Assembly (NCBI GenBank): GCA_964016885.1 | Contig: OZ024742.1 | Location: forward strand, 12,586,001-12,650,000 | Origin: Eledone cirrhosa | Taxonomy: Eukaryota | Length of the DNA stretch: 64,000 bases | Direction of reading: 5' to 3' | In this document: in pieces, positions 14,587-28,384 of the stretch | How the letters are laid out: each line of letters starts with the position of its first letter | Position numbering within the stretch: the stretch's first letter is position 1 | Program-made: the position numbers and the translations under genes | Notes under the pieces: model-generated | The model's input: the letters and a program-made list of their open reading frames with translations, nothing else | Told to the model about the DNA's origin: nothing | Database searches by the model: none

Positions 14587-14855
14587 CATATATACAATAC
14601 ATAAACAGAGAAAGCCTTAAGAGATACTCCGACCAATATATATATAGGAAAAGGTATGACCCTGATGGCAGAGCTCAAGCCGTTCAACGTCTATTTCATT
14701 GTTATACTTGCGGAGGTTCATATTGTTGTAATAATATTGCCAGAAATAATAACAGAACACACTCACTGTTTGGTTGCTTTTCGCTTCAGTATCTTTTATA
14801 TCTCCATAGTTAAAAATTGCGTAGACATTACAATACAAAAGGAGGAAACATAATA

Positions 14856-14909
14856 ATAGCACCACTGATGATGTTGCAGATTTGCAACGAAAGAACTTTG
14901 ATAGACTAT
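14856..14909 (+). ncRNA. Type I hammerhead ribozyme-like motif (family A, weak stems I and III)
   Basis: CTGATGA (14865) t GTTGCA-gatt-TGCAAC GAAA gaac TT. Stem II is perfect; stem I is only partial. Homologue at 31782-31835 (-). Confidence 0.55.
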
Positions 14910-15038
14910 ATATATTTATATCTGTATTTTTAACCTTTGGTCAATCAATGATAAACATTGTTTGCCAAATAAATTAATTATGGAGATATAAAAGGTTCAG
15001 AAGTAAAAACCAACCAAACAATGAGTGTCTGTTCAGAC

Positions 15039-15142
<104 letters not shown>

Positions 15143-15770
15143 GTATATCATTTACTTTTTATCATTTATTTTGTTTTGACCTGTTTAGCTTGATTTGGTT
15201 TTTGGCATGTGTGGTTAATGCCTTCTTGACCACCTTTTCAGTTTTGTATGGCTTCTTAACACATTGTTTAGCTCTGGTTTTTAACTATTGAGCACTTTGC
15301 CAGTATCATTTCTGATTTTTCCGTTTCGCTTCGCTTTTCCTGCCCGCCGAACTGCGATTTTCGCTGAATCTTTATTTGTATATTTGTATATATATATATC
15401 TGTATATATATATATATATATTTTTTTTTTTATTTTTTTTTTTATTTCTTTAAAGGCCCAACACTTTCGCAACACTTTCTATGAGAGGGAAACTCCGAGA
15501 AAAAAAATAAAACCTGCAGCTTCGGAAGCATGCGATGATGTTGACCAGTTCTCCTTTTCAGGTAATGTTTTCGATGCTCAGAAAGTGGGACTGGTCGAGT
15601 ACAAGGCCTTTCCCCATTTAAAAAAAAAACCTTCAAAGCACAGGTATTGCTTGTTCAGGATATGTTACAGATACGTGTGCCTGGCCGTAGCCTAAAAGTG
15701 AACCAAACTCTATAATCTGACAAGCGATTGCAACACTCTTAGCAGAGTTTGCAGCCACAACATATCTATG

Positions 15771-15815
<45 letters not shown>

Positions 15816-15816
15816 T

Positions 15817-15880
<64 letters not shown>

Positions 15881-16009
15881 CGTGCGTGTATGTATATGTG
15901 TATGTGTGTGCATCCATGTGTGTGCATGTGTGTGTATGTATGTGTGGTGTGTGTGTGTGAGTGTTTGTGTGTGTATAAAATTCTTAAGTGTAAGTCTATA
16001 AATAAAATT

Positions 16010-16300
16010 ACTCCTGTCTTTTAAAATATTGAGATTGACGGAAATTGGATGTGATATTGGATAAGAATATTTTAAACATACACAATCAGTTCATTGATGA
16101 GGTTTAGAAAAATAGATACACATTACAGGGCCTGATATTAAAACTGATTAACATTACATTAAATATGATGCTACAGGCAAACTGTAGAATGCAAGTAAAT
16201 AATCTCTCTCTGCGTTTTTCTAAACAGCTTATTGTAGATGAGTGTTCTGTAAAGAGTATGGAAAGAGCTATTTCTTCACATGACACTTTTACAATGTCGA
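16010..16300. mobile_element. Interspersed repeat, inverted partner of 18243-18535
   Basis: The ~290 bp is the reverse complement of 18243-18535; the track shows the same peptide stretch (VKVSCEEIALSILF...) on opposite strands. Confidence 0.75.
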
Positions 16301-16432
16301 CATACATACACACATATACAGATACGCACACACACATACATATACATATATATATATACATACGCACCAACACACATATATATACACACACACAAACATA
16401 CACACACACTTATAGATGTTTATACATAAATG

Positions 16433-16464
<32 letters not shown>

Positions 16465-16502
16465 TAAGTATGTATATATATATAAATACCTAATTATCTT
16501 TT

Positions 16503-16553
<51 letters not shown>

Positions 16554-17022
16554 TTGTATGCCTTTCTGTATATATCAAAATCTCTCTTGAAGGTCGTTTC
16601 AATATTATCTTGCAAACACACACATGCACATACATGTGTGCATATACATGTGTGCACATACATGTGTGCACAATAGAACACACATACAGAGACATACAAA
16701 CACACACACCCACATACACAGCTATTCGTGTGTGTGTGTGTCCAGGAAGTAAATATCATTATGACATTTTGAAGTTGTATCTATCTACGTAATATAAAAA
16801 TACAAGATAAGAAATAAAATATTCACACACACACCCACACAGACCCCCCCCCCCACACACACACAACACACACACTCTTACCATCCCTTTTCTATAAAGA
16901 CTTTTACAGTGGGCGATTCTCTCTCTCTCTCTCTCCCTCTCTCTCATACACACACCTACACACAGACTCCATCCCTTTAAATAATAACATTTTACATTGC
17001 TAGATTAGTATAAAATCCCCAC

Positions 17023-17058
<36 letters not shown>

Positions 17059-17135
17059 CTCTCTCTTTTATTCTCTCTCTCTCCCTTATTCTCTCACTCT
17101 CTCTCTCTTATTCTCTCTCTTATTCTCTCTCTTAT

Positions 17136-17167
<32 letters not shown>

Positions 17168-17238
17168 TCTTATTCTCACTCCCTCTCTCTTCTCTCTTAT
17201 TCTCTCTATCTCTCTCTCTCTTATTCTCTCTCTCCCTT

Positions 17239-17269
<31 letters not shown>

Positions 17270-17494
17270 TACCCCCCCTCTCTCTCTGTATATTTATTTT
17301 CCCAACTTTAATATACACATGCAACAACATAGGGACACACTTTTACCATTCCATTTCCATAAAACATACGATGGCTATGTTTCTACAATGTTTCTAAAGC
17401 TCGGGGAAGCCATCTCTTCTTCGGGTGTAAATATAACAGATTTCTTCCAGAGAAGGTAGACAGAATGAGAGAATGGAAGTGAGATATAGATATA

Positions 17495-17680
17495 TATAGA
17501 GAGAGGAAGAATTGAACCCAGTACTTGGCTGCTTCTTTTTTATATCGACTTCGAAAGAAGGAAAGGCAAAGATGGCCTCGGTGGGATTTGAACTCAGGGA
17601 GCAGAGAGTCGAAAGGAATACCTCAAAACATTCTATCTGACGTTCTAACACCTCTACCAATTCCCCGCCTATCTTCTGTG
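17495..17680 (-). mobile_element. tRNA-derived SINE (abundant family), diverged
   Basis: Reverse complement reads ...CTGAGTTCAAATCCCACCGAGGCCATCTTTGCCTTTCCTTCTTTCGAAGTCGATATAAAAAAG..., i.e. B box plus body shared with 35728 and 45543. Confidence 0.75.
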
Positions 17681-17721
17681 TATATGTCAGTTTCATATAC
17701 AAACATGTCTAAAAAGAAAAG

Positions 17722-17952
17722 TCTAAAGTCTTTAGCATTCAAACCGGCCGTATCCGGCCAGAAATGTCTCACCTCTTTCTGTTCAAACTGGCTGTAACTG
17801 GCCATTAATACTGATGTCGAGGTATTGTTCTCAAAATAAATAACATCAAAATCTCATAGATTTGATATTATGTGAGATGATTATATAAGATAAAGTGTTT
17901 ACTACAAAAATACAATAATATATATAGAGTAATGTGAATGCTAAAGGTTTAA
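17722..17952. mobile_element. MITE, piggyBac-like ends
   Basis: Terminal inverted repeats CTTTAGCATTCA...TGAATGCTAAAG; right end AAAGGT-TTAA. Confidence 0.5.
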
Positions 17953-17964
17953 GCCAGAAGGTTC

Positions 17965-18210
17965 ATTTGGCCGGTGCTTATCCCGGTTTCATAGCGTGAC
18001 CGACTGAGAGTACAAGACATCCCCCTGGACAGGACGCCACTCCATCGCAGGGTTAAGCCACCAGCTATTGCTGGTACCAATTTTCAGCTGAGTATACTGG
18101 AGCAACGTGAAATGAAGTGTTTTTGCTCAAGAACACAATACGCAGCCCAGGAATCGAACCCACGACATTATGATCGTAAGTCCAACACTCTTACCACTAG
18201 GCCACGTGTC
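17965..18210 (-). mobile_element. tRNA-headed SINE with Meta-domain-like core
   Basis: Minus strand has A box TGGCCTAGTGG, B box GGTTCGATTCC, then GTGTTCTTGAGCAAAAACACTTCATTTCACGTTGCTCCAG. A related fragment lies at 46405-46475 (+). Confidence 0.75.
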
Positions 18211-18242
18211 TCACTATACAAACATGTGTGTGTCGTTATTCT

Positions 18243-18535
18243 TGTAAAAGTGTCATGTGAAGAAATAGCTCTTTCCATACTCTTTACAGAACACTCATCT
18301 ACAATAAGCTGTTTAGAAAAACGCAGAGAGAGATTATTTACTTGCATTCTACAGTTTGCCTGTAGCATCATATTTAATGTAATGTTAATCAGTTTTAATA
18401 AAAGGTACCGTAATGTGTATCTATTTTGCTAAACCTCATCAATGAACTGATTCTCTATATTACAGATATCAGTCTTAACTAATATCACATCCAATTTCCG
18501 TCAATTTCTATATCTAAAACGACAGGAGCAAAGTT
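18243..18535. mobile_element. Interspersed repeat, inverted partner of 16010-16300
   Basis: Reverse complement of 16010-16300. Confidence 0.75.
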
Positions 18536-18879
18536 ACTTACAGAAAATTACATATCCGCACTTATCAATATGTATATCTATCGCTGTATATACATATATG
18601 TGTCTGTGTATGTGTGTGCGTGTGTGTGAGTATGTGTATGTGTGTGTGTGTGAGTATGTATATAAATGTATATCACTAAATATTGTTTCTTTTTTTGAAA
18701 AATGGATTCGTGTGTTGGTAGAGACAGATACACATACACGTATATACATACATATATATATATATGTATATATAAATATACATATGTGTGTGTATGTATG
18801 TATGTTAGTATATATGCACATGAGAATGCTGTGCATGTACATGTTGTGTGTTTGTTTCTATGTCTATTGAAGCTATATA

Positions 18880-21135
18880 TTCACTATATATACTCTGTAT
18901 ATACAATATATATACTCTATATATACACTATATATACTCAGTATATACACTATATGTACACTATATATACACTATGTATACTCTGTATATACACTATATA
19001 TACACTATATATACACTATATATACACACTATATATACACTATATTTACACTACATATACACTATATATACACTATATATACACTATATATACACTATAT
19101 ATACTCTACATATACACTATATATACACTATATATACACTACATATACACTATATATACACTATATATACACTATATATGCACTATATCAACTCTACATA
19201 TACACTATATATATATACACTATATATACACTATATATACACTATATATACACTATATATACTCTACATATACACAATATATACATTATATATAGACTAT
19301 ATATACACTATATATACACTATATATATATACACTATATATACTCTACATATACACTATATATACATTATATATACACTATATATACACTATATATACAC
19401 TATATATATATATACACTATATATACTCTACATATACACTATATATACACTATATATACACTATATATACACTATATATATACTATATATATATATACAC
19501 TATATATATCCTATATATATACACTATATATACACTATATATACACTATATATACACTATATATATATTATATATACACTATATATACACTATATATACA
19601 CTATATATATACTATATATACACTATATATACCCTATATATAAACTATATATACACTATATATACATTATATATACACTATATATATATACACTATATAT
19701 ACTCTACATATACACTATATATACATTATATATACACTATATATACACTATATATACACTATATATACACTATATATACACTATATATACACTATATATA
19801 CACAATATATACACTATATATACTCTACATATACACTATATATACACTATATATACACTATATATACCCTATATATACACTATATATATACACTATATAT
19901 ATACTATATATACACTATATATACACTATATATACACTATATATACTCTACATATACACTATATATACACTATATATACACTATATATACCCTATATATA
20001 CACTATATATATACACTATATATACACTATATATACACTATATATACACTATATATACACTATATATACTCTACATATACACTATATATACATTATATAT
20101 ACACTATATATACACTATATATACACACTATATATACACTATATATACACTATATATACACACTATATATACACACTATATATACACTATATATACATTA
20201 TATATACACTATATATACACTATATATACACTATATATATACACTATATATACTCTACATATACACTATATATACACTATATATACACTATATATACTCT
20301 ACATATACACTATATATACACTATATATACACTATATATACACAATATATATATACACTATATATACACTATATATACACTATATATACACTATATATAT
20401 ACTATATATACACTATATATACCCTATATATACACTATATATACACTATATATACATTATATATATACTATATATACACTATATATATCCTATATATACA
20501 CTATATATACACTATATATATACTATATATACACTATATATATCCTATATATACACTATATATACACTATATATACACTATATATACACTATATATACAC
20601 TATATATACACTATATATACTCTACTTATACACTATATATACATTATATATACACTATATATACTCTACATATACACTATATATACATTATATATACACT
20701 ATATATACACTATATATACACTATATATACACTATATATACACTATATATACACTATATATATATAATATATACACTATATATACACTATATATACACTA
20801 TATATACACTATATATACACTATATATACACTATATATACTCTACATATACACTATATATAAATTATATATACACTATATATATACACTATATATATACT
20901 ATATATATACACTATATATACACTATATATACAGTATATATACACTATATATACACTATATATACTCTATATATACACTATATATACATTATATATACAC
21001 TATATATACACTATATATACACACTATATATACACTATATATACACTATATATATACACTATATATACACTATATATACACTATATATACACTATATATA
21101 CACTATATATACACTATATATACACTATATATACA
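18880..21135. repeat. 11-bp minisatellite (TATATATACAC)n
   Basis: Seen directly over ~2.2 kb; source of the spurious YIHYIYTIYTL ORF. Confidence 0.95.
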
Positions 21136-21139
21136 CAGC

Positions 21140-21720
21140 AGCAACAAAAACGGCAAGAAATAAAGGTGAAAAATATGATGATAGAGAAAGTAAGAAAAGG
21201 TAAATAGAAAGAGAAAGAGTTAGGTTTTAAAGAAATGAGAGAAAGGAGGAAAGAAATAGAGACAGCAGAGAGAATGAATGGAAGAGAGAGGGAGAAAGAG
21301 AAGGGGGAGAAAGACAGAAAGAAAAAAGAGAAAGAGATAGTTTTTAAGAAAAGGAAGAAAGAAGGAAAGAAATAAAATTAAAAAAAATAAAGAAAAAAGA
21401 ATGAATAAAGGAAGGAAAGACAGAAAGAAAGAGAGAAAGAGAGAGAGAAAGAGTGTGTGAGAGAGAGAGAGAGAAAGAGTGTGAGAAAGAGAGAGAGAGA
21501 GAAAGATTGTGTGAGAGAAAGAGAGAGAGTGTGTGTGAGAGAGAGATAGAGAAAGAGTGTGTGAGAGAGAGAGTGAGAGAGAGAGAGAGTGAGAGAGAAA
21601 GAGAAAGAAAAAAGGAGGAACAAAAGAGAGAAAGATCGAAAAAAAGAGAAAGGAAAAAGAAAGAAAAAAGAAGGAAAGAAAGAAGACAAAGCAGGCAAAG
21701 AAGGGAGGTAATAAAGATAG
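21140..21720. repeat. GA-rich low-complexity tract
   Basis: Seen directly. Confidence 0.85.
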
Positions 21721-21891
21721 AATAATGAGCCAGTGGGAAGTGACGTAACATTTGTGAAGGACGACATCTTGTCTATTAACTGATGAAGCAATGATTGTTA
21801 GCAGAATTGTGGGGTTTGAAAATAAGATGTGTGTACAGGTACAAGCTGACACACAGACACACACACACAAACTTTATAGACACATGTATAC

Positions 21892-21922
<31 letters not shown>

Positions 21923-22245
21923 CATATATATGTATATTATACATATATATATATATATGTGTGTGTGTGTGCATATATATATATTATATATATATTATAT
22001 ATAATATATATATTAACGAGGTTAACTTTGCCTTTCATCCTTACGGGGTCGATAAAATAAAGTACCAGTAATACACTGGGATAATTGCTGGCCTTGTGCC
22101 AAAAGTAGAAATAATTATATATATATTATATGTGTGTGTGTGTGTGTGTGTGCGTGTGTGTGTACCTGAATATGGTATTTATTCATTTTCAGAGAATCCA
22201 GATTTCTTTTTTGCATTTTCATATAACGATATTTATATAATATTT

Positions 22246-22294
<49 letters not shown>

Positions 22295-22302
<8 letters not shown>

Positions 22303-22905
22303 GAAAGGTATAGAAAATATTGTAGCATAAAGCCAACAGTATTCCATAATATATAAGTGACTATAGCGTCAAAATGGGAAAAATAGTTAACGTAAGATGT
22401 GGGAAAAATAATTCAAACTCAACCCAAAGAGAATCAGGATATAGATTCATCCAACAAAATTTAGTGAAATCCAGGGAAAAATCAATAGAGCCTTAACTCA
22501 TGATAAAATAAAGTTTGGAAAAAAACTTCAAATGCTCTGTATAGTCTTGAAGACTATTTCACGAAAACTTTCAGTGGAGATGGTGACGGTTGGAATTCGA
22601 TCCTCAGCAGAGCTCAACTCGATAACCAAAATTTCTCACTGATTAATATGCCAAAAGAGAATTTAAAAGCAGGCTAGTTCACCAACATGCGTGATTATGA
22701 AAATAAAACGCACATGTAGAAAGACAGGGCTGGTGATGTCAGAATGAGACGAATGTTTGTTTACAAGAAACAACAGTCAAAAACATTCCGAAAAAAACTC
22801 TACAATAAGGAGTTCAGCAAAAAGCAATATTATCGCAGTTTTTTTATAAAAAAAATACCGGGATTAGTCACAAATAATTTAAGCACTCTATGAAAGAAAT
22901 CCGAG
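22295..22905 (-). mobile_element. HHR-bearing repeat, probable PLE pseudo-LTR fragment (family B)
   Basis: Bounded by (TA)n and (GT)n. Near-identical partial copy at 63395-63610 and a short one at 41185-41235. Contains the HHR at 22534-22613. Confidence 0.65.
22534..22613 (-). ncRNA. Type I hammerhead ribozyme (family B)
   Basis: Minus strand: GCTCTG CTGAGGA tCGAA...TTCGt GAAA TAGTCT-tca-AGACTA TA^ CAGAGC. Stems I and III are each 6 bp. Confidence 0.8.
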
Positions 22906-22910
22906 TATAA

Positions 22911-22982
<72 letters not shown>

Positions 22983-23074
22983 TTGTGTGTGAGAGAGAGA
23001 GATAATGTATGTATGTAAGTATGTATATGTCTGTATATATGTATGTATATGTATGTATATATGTATGTATATGT

Positions 23075-23710
23075 ATGTCGGGTCACTCTTGAGTGCTACT
23101 GGTAACATGTATCCCAGTACAACCTGTCTCATGGTCGGGTCGTCGTCGACTAAACTGGCAACCCCACCAAGGTTTCTTGGTGAGGAGGGTGACTTTGGAC
23201 ATCCTGCAGGACTAAAAACAAAACCTTTCAAAGGGCAAAGGAGCTCTTAAGAGTCAATGACCATCCAAAATCACTGGGAGAGATGACCCCTTAGCCTTTG
23301 TCAGGGCAGAATTCTAGGAGAAGGAAAACTCTGATATAACTCTGATTTACTTGGTGAGGAGGGTGATTTTGGACACCCTGCGGGACAACAAACAGAACCG
23401 GACAAAGGGCGGAAGAACTCATAAGAGTCAACCGCCATCTAAAGGTGTGTAAATATGTATATACACATGTACCGCGCGGTTAAACCATTAGGAGTGAAGG
23501 ACCTCTAGCCTTTGTCAGAGCATTCTTCTAGGAGAAGGCAACTCGGGAAACTGGGATAACTCCGATATAAAACCTGCGGCTCAGTAGTTACCGATACTGT
23601 TGATCTTCACTTCTTTTCGGGTTACGGCTACTGTCGCTCAGAGAGTGGGATTGGCTCAGTGGACAGTTTTTCCTCACTTTAAAAAATATCTTCACGCACA
23701 GGAATTGCAC
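23075..23710 (+). mobile_element. RTE-clade LINE 5' UTR region with internal duplication
   Basis: Contains CTAGGAGAAGGAAAACTCTGA, which I recognise from RTE 5' UTRs. The sub-repeat GGTGAGGAGGGTGAYTTTGGACA occurs twice. Close paralogue at 23795-24060. Confidence 0.6.
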
Positions 23711-23794
23711 GATAGAATTAGTTAATAATTATTAATAATGGTATATCGTGCAATGGCCATACTTGATAACGAGGGGGCAGCCATTATATGTATA

Positions 23795-24535
<741 letters not shown>

Positions 24536-24854
24536 GTATGTATATAACTATGTATATGTATATATATATGTATATATATATGTATGTATATAACTATGTA
24601 TATGTATATATATATGTATTTATATGTATATATATATGTATGTATATGTATATATGTATATATATAATGTAGGAGGTGAGTTCCTAGTAGCAAAGGATTC
24701 TGATTGTTTCGTCTTCTTTTCAGATTACCGATTCCAATGTTCAACTTTTCACCTCCCGCCCTCGATGATTCTGAAAGCGGTAAAACTACTGTATCGAATA
24801 AGGATGTGGTGTCATTGATTCATATATATATATATATATATTACTTGGACAGTC

Positions 24855-24905
24855 GGCTTCCTGATGATTTCTCTCAAATGAAACAGATCTAGTTCTGTAG
24901 AAGCC
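24855..24905 (+). ncRNA. Type I hammerhead ribozyme (family C)
   Basis: GGCTTC CTGATGA TTT-ctctc-AAAt GAAA CAGA-tctagt-TCTG TA^ GAAGCC. Stem I 6 bp, GUA cleavage triplet, weak stem II. Confidence 0.8.
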
Positions 24906-24907
24906 TT

Positions 24908-24944
<37 letters not shown>

Positions 24945-24981
24945 ATTAAATAAATGGAAACTATATTTATAAAACCATATT

Positions 24982-25047
24982 TATTTCATTATATATATTT
25001 CAGGGATATCATATTAACAATATGCTATGCCTTCCTCAGACAAAATA
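24982..25047 (-). ncRNA. Type I minimal hammerhead ribozyme (family D, inverted pLTR arm)
   Basis: Reverse complement of 27939-28004. Confidence 0.8.
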
Positions 25048-25713
25048 CAATATAAACAGTTTTATAGATAAATAGATTCGACATACCGTAACAACATCGA
25101 CTTGTATTTGAAAAGGTTGATTTGGCAGTGAAAAAATTGTACACAGAGAGAAAGAAAGAGAGAAAAAAAAAGAAAAGAAAAGAAAGACAGAAAACGAAGA
25201 AAAAGAAGAAAAAGAAGAAATGCATGGAACAAAATAGAGAGATGGAAAGATAGATAAAGAGAAGAACTTCATGTAAAGAAACAGAGATATATATATATAT
25301 AGAGAGAGAGAGAGGAAATAGAGATAGATACATATATATAGAAAACTAGGTAGTGGGACGTCTGTTGGGTAAACGTATCAATGATACATTTATTTATTTA
25401 TTTATTTAGCTCTAGTATTAATGTAAGGGAGATATATGGAGAGAAACCAGCTGTTATATATATAGAGAAAAAAATATAGAGAGAGAAAAAATATAGAGAG
25501 AGAAAAAATATAGAGAGAGAAAAAAATTAAAAATAACCAGACATAGGCGAGGCGTAAAAAAACCCTATGTTTTAATGTAGAGGTATTAGTATTTATAAAA
25601 ACCAGCCACTATATTGTAAATATCAGTATTCCTGAATGAGACATGTATCCATAATGTGTGAAAATTAATGATCTTATGTTTAGTTTTTTAGTTTTTTAGA
25701 TGCTGATAAGATT

Positions 25714-26508
25714 GTGTACATAGATAATGATAGACAAACTAAACAAAATAACAACTATTTTAATTACGGCAACAACCTTAACAACTATAATAGAAAGCAT
25801 TACAATAATTCCAAAGGCCAAAAAAGAAATAGAACTAGGAACATAATTTGGTTTGCCTCCCCTTTCTCACTAAACATTAAAACCCACATCGCTAAACTAT
25901 TTTTTAAAGCTCTTGATAATCGCTTCCCTAGAACACATAGGTATTACTCAATTTTCAATAGACATACAATTAAATTAACCTACTCATCCACCAAAAATTT
26001 AGCACAAAATATTAATAGAATAAATAATAGGAACTTAAAACCTAGTGATAATAGCATAAATAATATACAAGTTAACAAATGTAACTGTAGAGATAGATCT
26101 AAATGTCCGTTAAATAACAACTGCTTAGTTAAAAATATAGTATACAATTGTAATGTTAATACTGACTCTAATTCTTTTAACTACGTCGGTTCCACATCGA
26201 CGGAATTTAAATTTCGCTATAATAACCACAAGAATTCTTTCACAGATCCAAGCAAAAAATCTTCAACGGCACTATCAGGCGTACTCTGGCAACTTAAGCT
26301 AGATAACGTTAGATATTCGACGGCTTGGAATATAGTCTCAAGAGGGATTCCTTTTAATTCATCCTCTGAGACATGTGACCTCTGCGCAGAGGAGATATTC
26401 TTTATACTAAAATCTAAAAATTCCCTTAATCTACGGACAAATTTATTCAGTTGCTGCAAACATAGATTAAACTCAACGTTTAAATATAAATTTAAATTTA
26501 AAATGTAG
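25714..26508 (+). CDS. PLE ORF C-terminus: Cys-rich linker plus GIY-YIG endonuclease (Neptune-like); RT missing
   Basis: RNIIWFASPFS...IFNRHTIKLTYS; CNCRDRSKCPLNNNCL; NIVY...YVGST...RYNNHKNSF; STALS; CDLCAEEIFFI. Open for 264 aa; the start coordinate reflects truncation. Confidence 0.88.
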   Translation: MYIDNDRQTKQNNNYFNYGNNLNNYNRKHYNNSKGQKRNRTRNIIWFASPFSLNIKTHIAKLFFKALDNRFPRTHRYYSIFNRHTIKLTYSSTKNLAQNINRINNRNLKPSDNSINNIQVNKCNCRDRSKCPLNNNCLVKNIVYNCNVNTDSNSFNYVGSTSTEFKFRYNNHKNSFTDPSKKSSTALSGVLWQLKLDNVRYSTAWNIVSRGIPFNSSSETCDLCAEEIFFILKSKNSLNLRTNLFSCCKHRLNSTFKYKFKFKM

Positions 26509-27669
26509 TATATTTAGTTTGATTTATAATTATATGGGAAACTAGCCGATAAATCTTTGATTCCTTCTTTTTATTCTTTTTATTTTTATTTTATTTTATT
26601 TTTATTTAAACATTCTTCATGAAAATTTAAGCTACCCTAAAAGTTGATGCTCCAAATATTTCGAATAAACGTTACACTAGATAAACTTCTATATTAAATA
26701 TAAGAACACATGTAGACCAAATTGGACATCCTAAACTTTTTGAAATGATCTTTGCTAGATGCGATTTGATAGATAATTTTTGGCTTTATCTGTTTTTCGA
26801 CTCTGATGCTTATAATGAACTTGGCAATATATTGTCAATTAATTTTGAAGGGTTGATCTTTGTGGTTTATTTTTATTTTTATTATTGTAGTATTTTCTAA
26901 TATTTTTATTTTTAATATTTTTAATATGTAAATTTTTTAATATGTAATATTTTTAATATGTAATATTCTTTCGTAATATTTTTTAGTTTTATATTTTTTA
27001 GTTTTCTATTTTATTATTACTTATTATTATTATTGTTATTTTTTAGTTTTGTTTCTGATATATATTTTTATTAGTATATTGAAATCTGCTCTCTATTTCT
27101 GCTTGATAGATAATCTTGTAGAGTAAAGACAGGAATAATAATATTGACGCTATATATATTTGTGTGTATATATATACACATATATGTATACTTAAATTTT
27201 TATACCACAATGAGAATGTTTTCCGTGAAGTTAGGGTTTGCAGAGTTGATCATGTAAATTCACATAGATGTTTGTAGTTATCACATAAACATATGAATTT
27301 TTTTTTTTTAAAACTAAACATAAGATCATTAATTTTCACACATTATGGATACATGTCTCATTCAGGAATACTGATATTTACAATATAGTGGCTGGTTTTT
27401 ATAAATACTAATACCTCTACATTAAAACATAGGGTTTTTTTACGCCTCGCCTATGTCTGGTTATTTTTAAATTTTTTCTCTCTCTATATTTTTTCTCTCT
27501 CTATATTTTTTTCTCTCTATATATAACAGCTGGTTTCTCTCCATATATCTCCCTTACATTAATACTAGAGCTAAATAAATAAATAAATAAATAAATGTAT
27601 CATTGATACGTTTACCCAACAGACGTCCCACTACCTAGTTTTCTATATATATGTATCTATCTCTATTTC

Positions 27670-27701
<32 letters not shown>

Positions 27702-27938
27702 CTGTTTCTTTACATGAAGTTCTTCTCTTTATCTATCTTTCCATCTCTCTATTTTGTTCCATGCATTTCTTCTTTTTCTTCTTTTTCTTCGTTTTCTGTC
27801 TTTCTTTTCTTTTCTTTTTTTTTCTCTCTTTCTTTCTCTCTGTGTACAATTTTTTCACTGCCAAATCAACCTTTTCAAATACAAGTCGATGTTGTTACGG
27901 TATGTCGAATCTATTTATCTATAAAACTGTTTATATTG

Positions 27939-28004
27939 TATTTTGTCTGAGGAAGGCATAGCATATTGTTAATATGATATCCCTGAAATATATATAATGA
28001 AATA
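27939..28004 (+). ncRNA. Type I minimal hammerhead ribozyme (family D, PLE pLTR)
   Basis: TATTTTGT CTGAGGA AGGcATAgCATATT-gtt-AATATGaTATcCCT GAAA TATATA TA^ ATGAAATA. Stem III is palindromic. Confidence 0.8.
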
Positions 28005-28131
28005 AATATGGTTTTATAAATATAGTTTCCATTTATTTAATATTGTAAATATACTCCAAATATTTGTCGAGTGCTTTTATATCAGTTATAAATATTTACT
28101 AGTTGTAACCCAACAATTTAAATATAACTTT

Positions 28132-28177
<46 letters not shown>

Positions 28178-28266
28178 ATAAATCAACATATGTTGATTTA
28201 AAACTGCACTAGTACAGAATTAGCCGTCGAAACGGCTTGAGCTCAGCCGTCGGGGTCTTACTTGTT

Positions 28267-28344
<78 letters not shown>

Positions 28345-28353
28345 CATATTTAT

Positions 28354-28382
<29 letters not shown>

Positions 28383-28384
<2 letters not shown>

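Larger units (their letters stand above)
24938..28135 (+). mobile_element. 5'-truncated Penelope-like retroelement with inverted pseudo-LTR
   Basis: GIY-YIG ORF at 25714-26508. Bases 24938-25687 are a near-perfect reverse complement of 27310-28047, with an HHR in each arm. (TA)n on both sides. Confidence 0.92.

Noticed and set aside
18130-18210. Functional tRNA genes (also 49577-49650)
   Set aside because: A and B boxes run into SINE or repeat bodies, and the cloverleaf stems are incomplete.
18848-20767. 639-aa Y/I/T/H ORF, and similar ORFs at 53876, 56923 and 57725
   Set aside because: Translations of micro- and minisatellites.
24676-24790. Apparent GTGAGT...TTTTCAG mini-intron and 56-nt exon
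   Set aside because: The donor-like motif is the end of another repeat (reverse complement at 52473-52489) and is absent from the duplicate at 29313.
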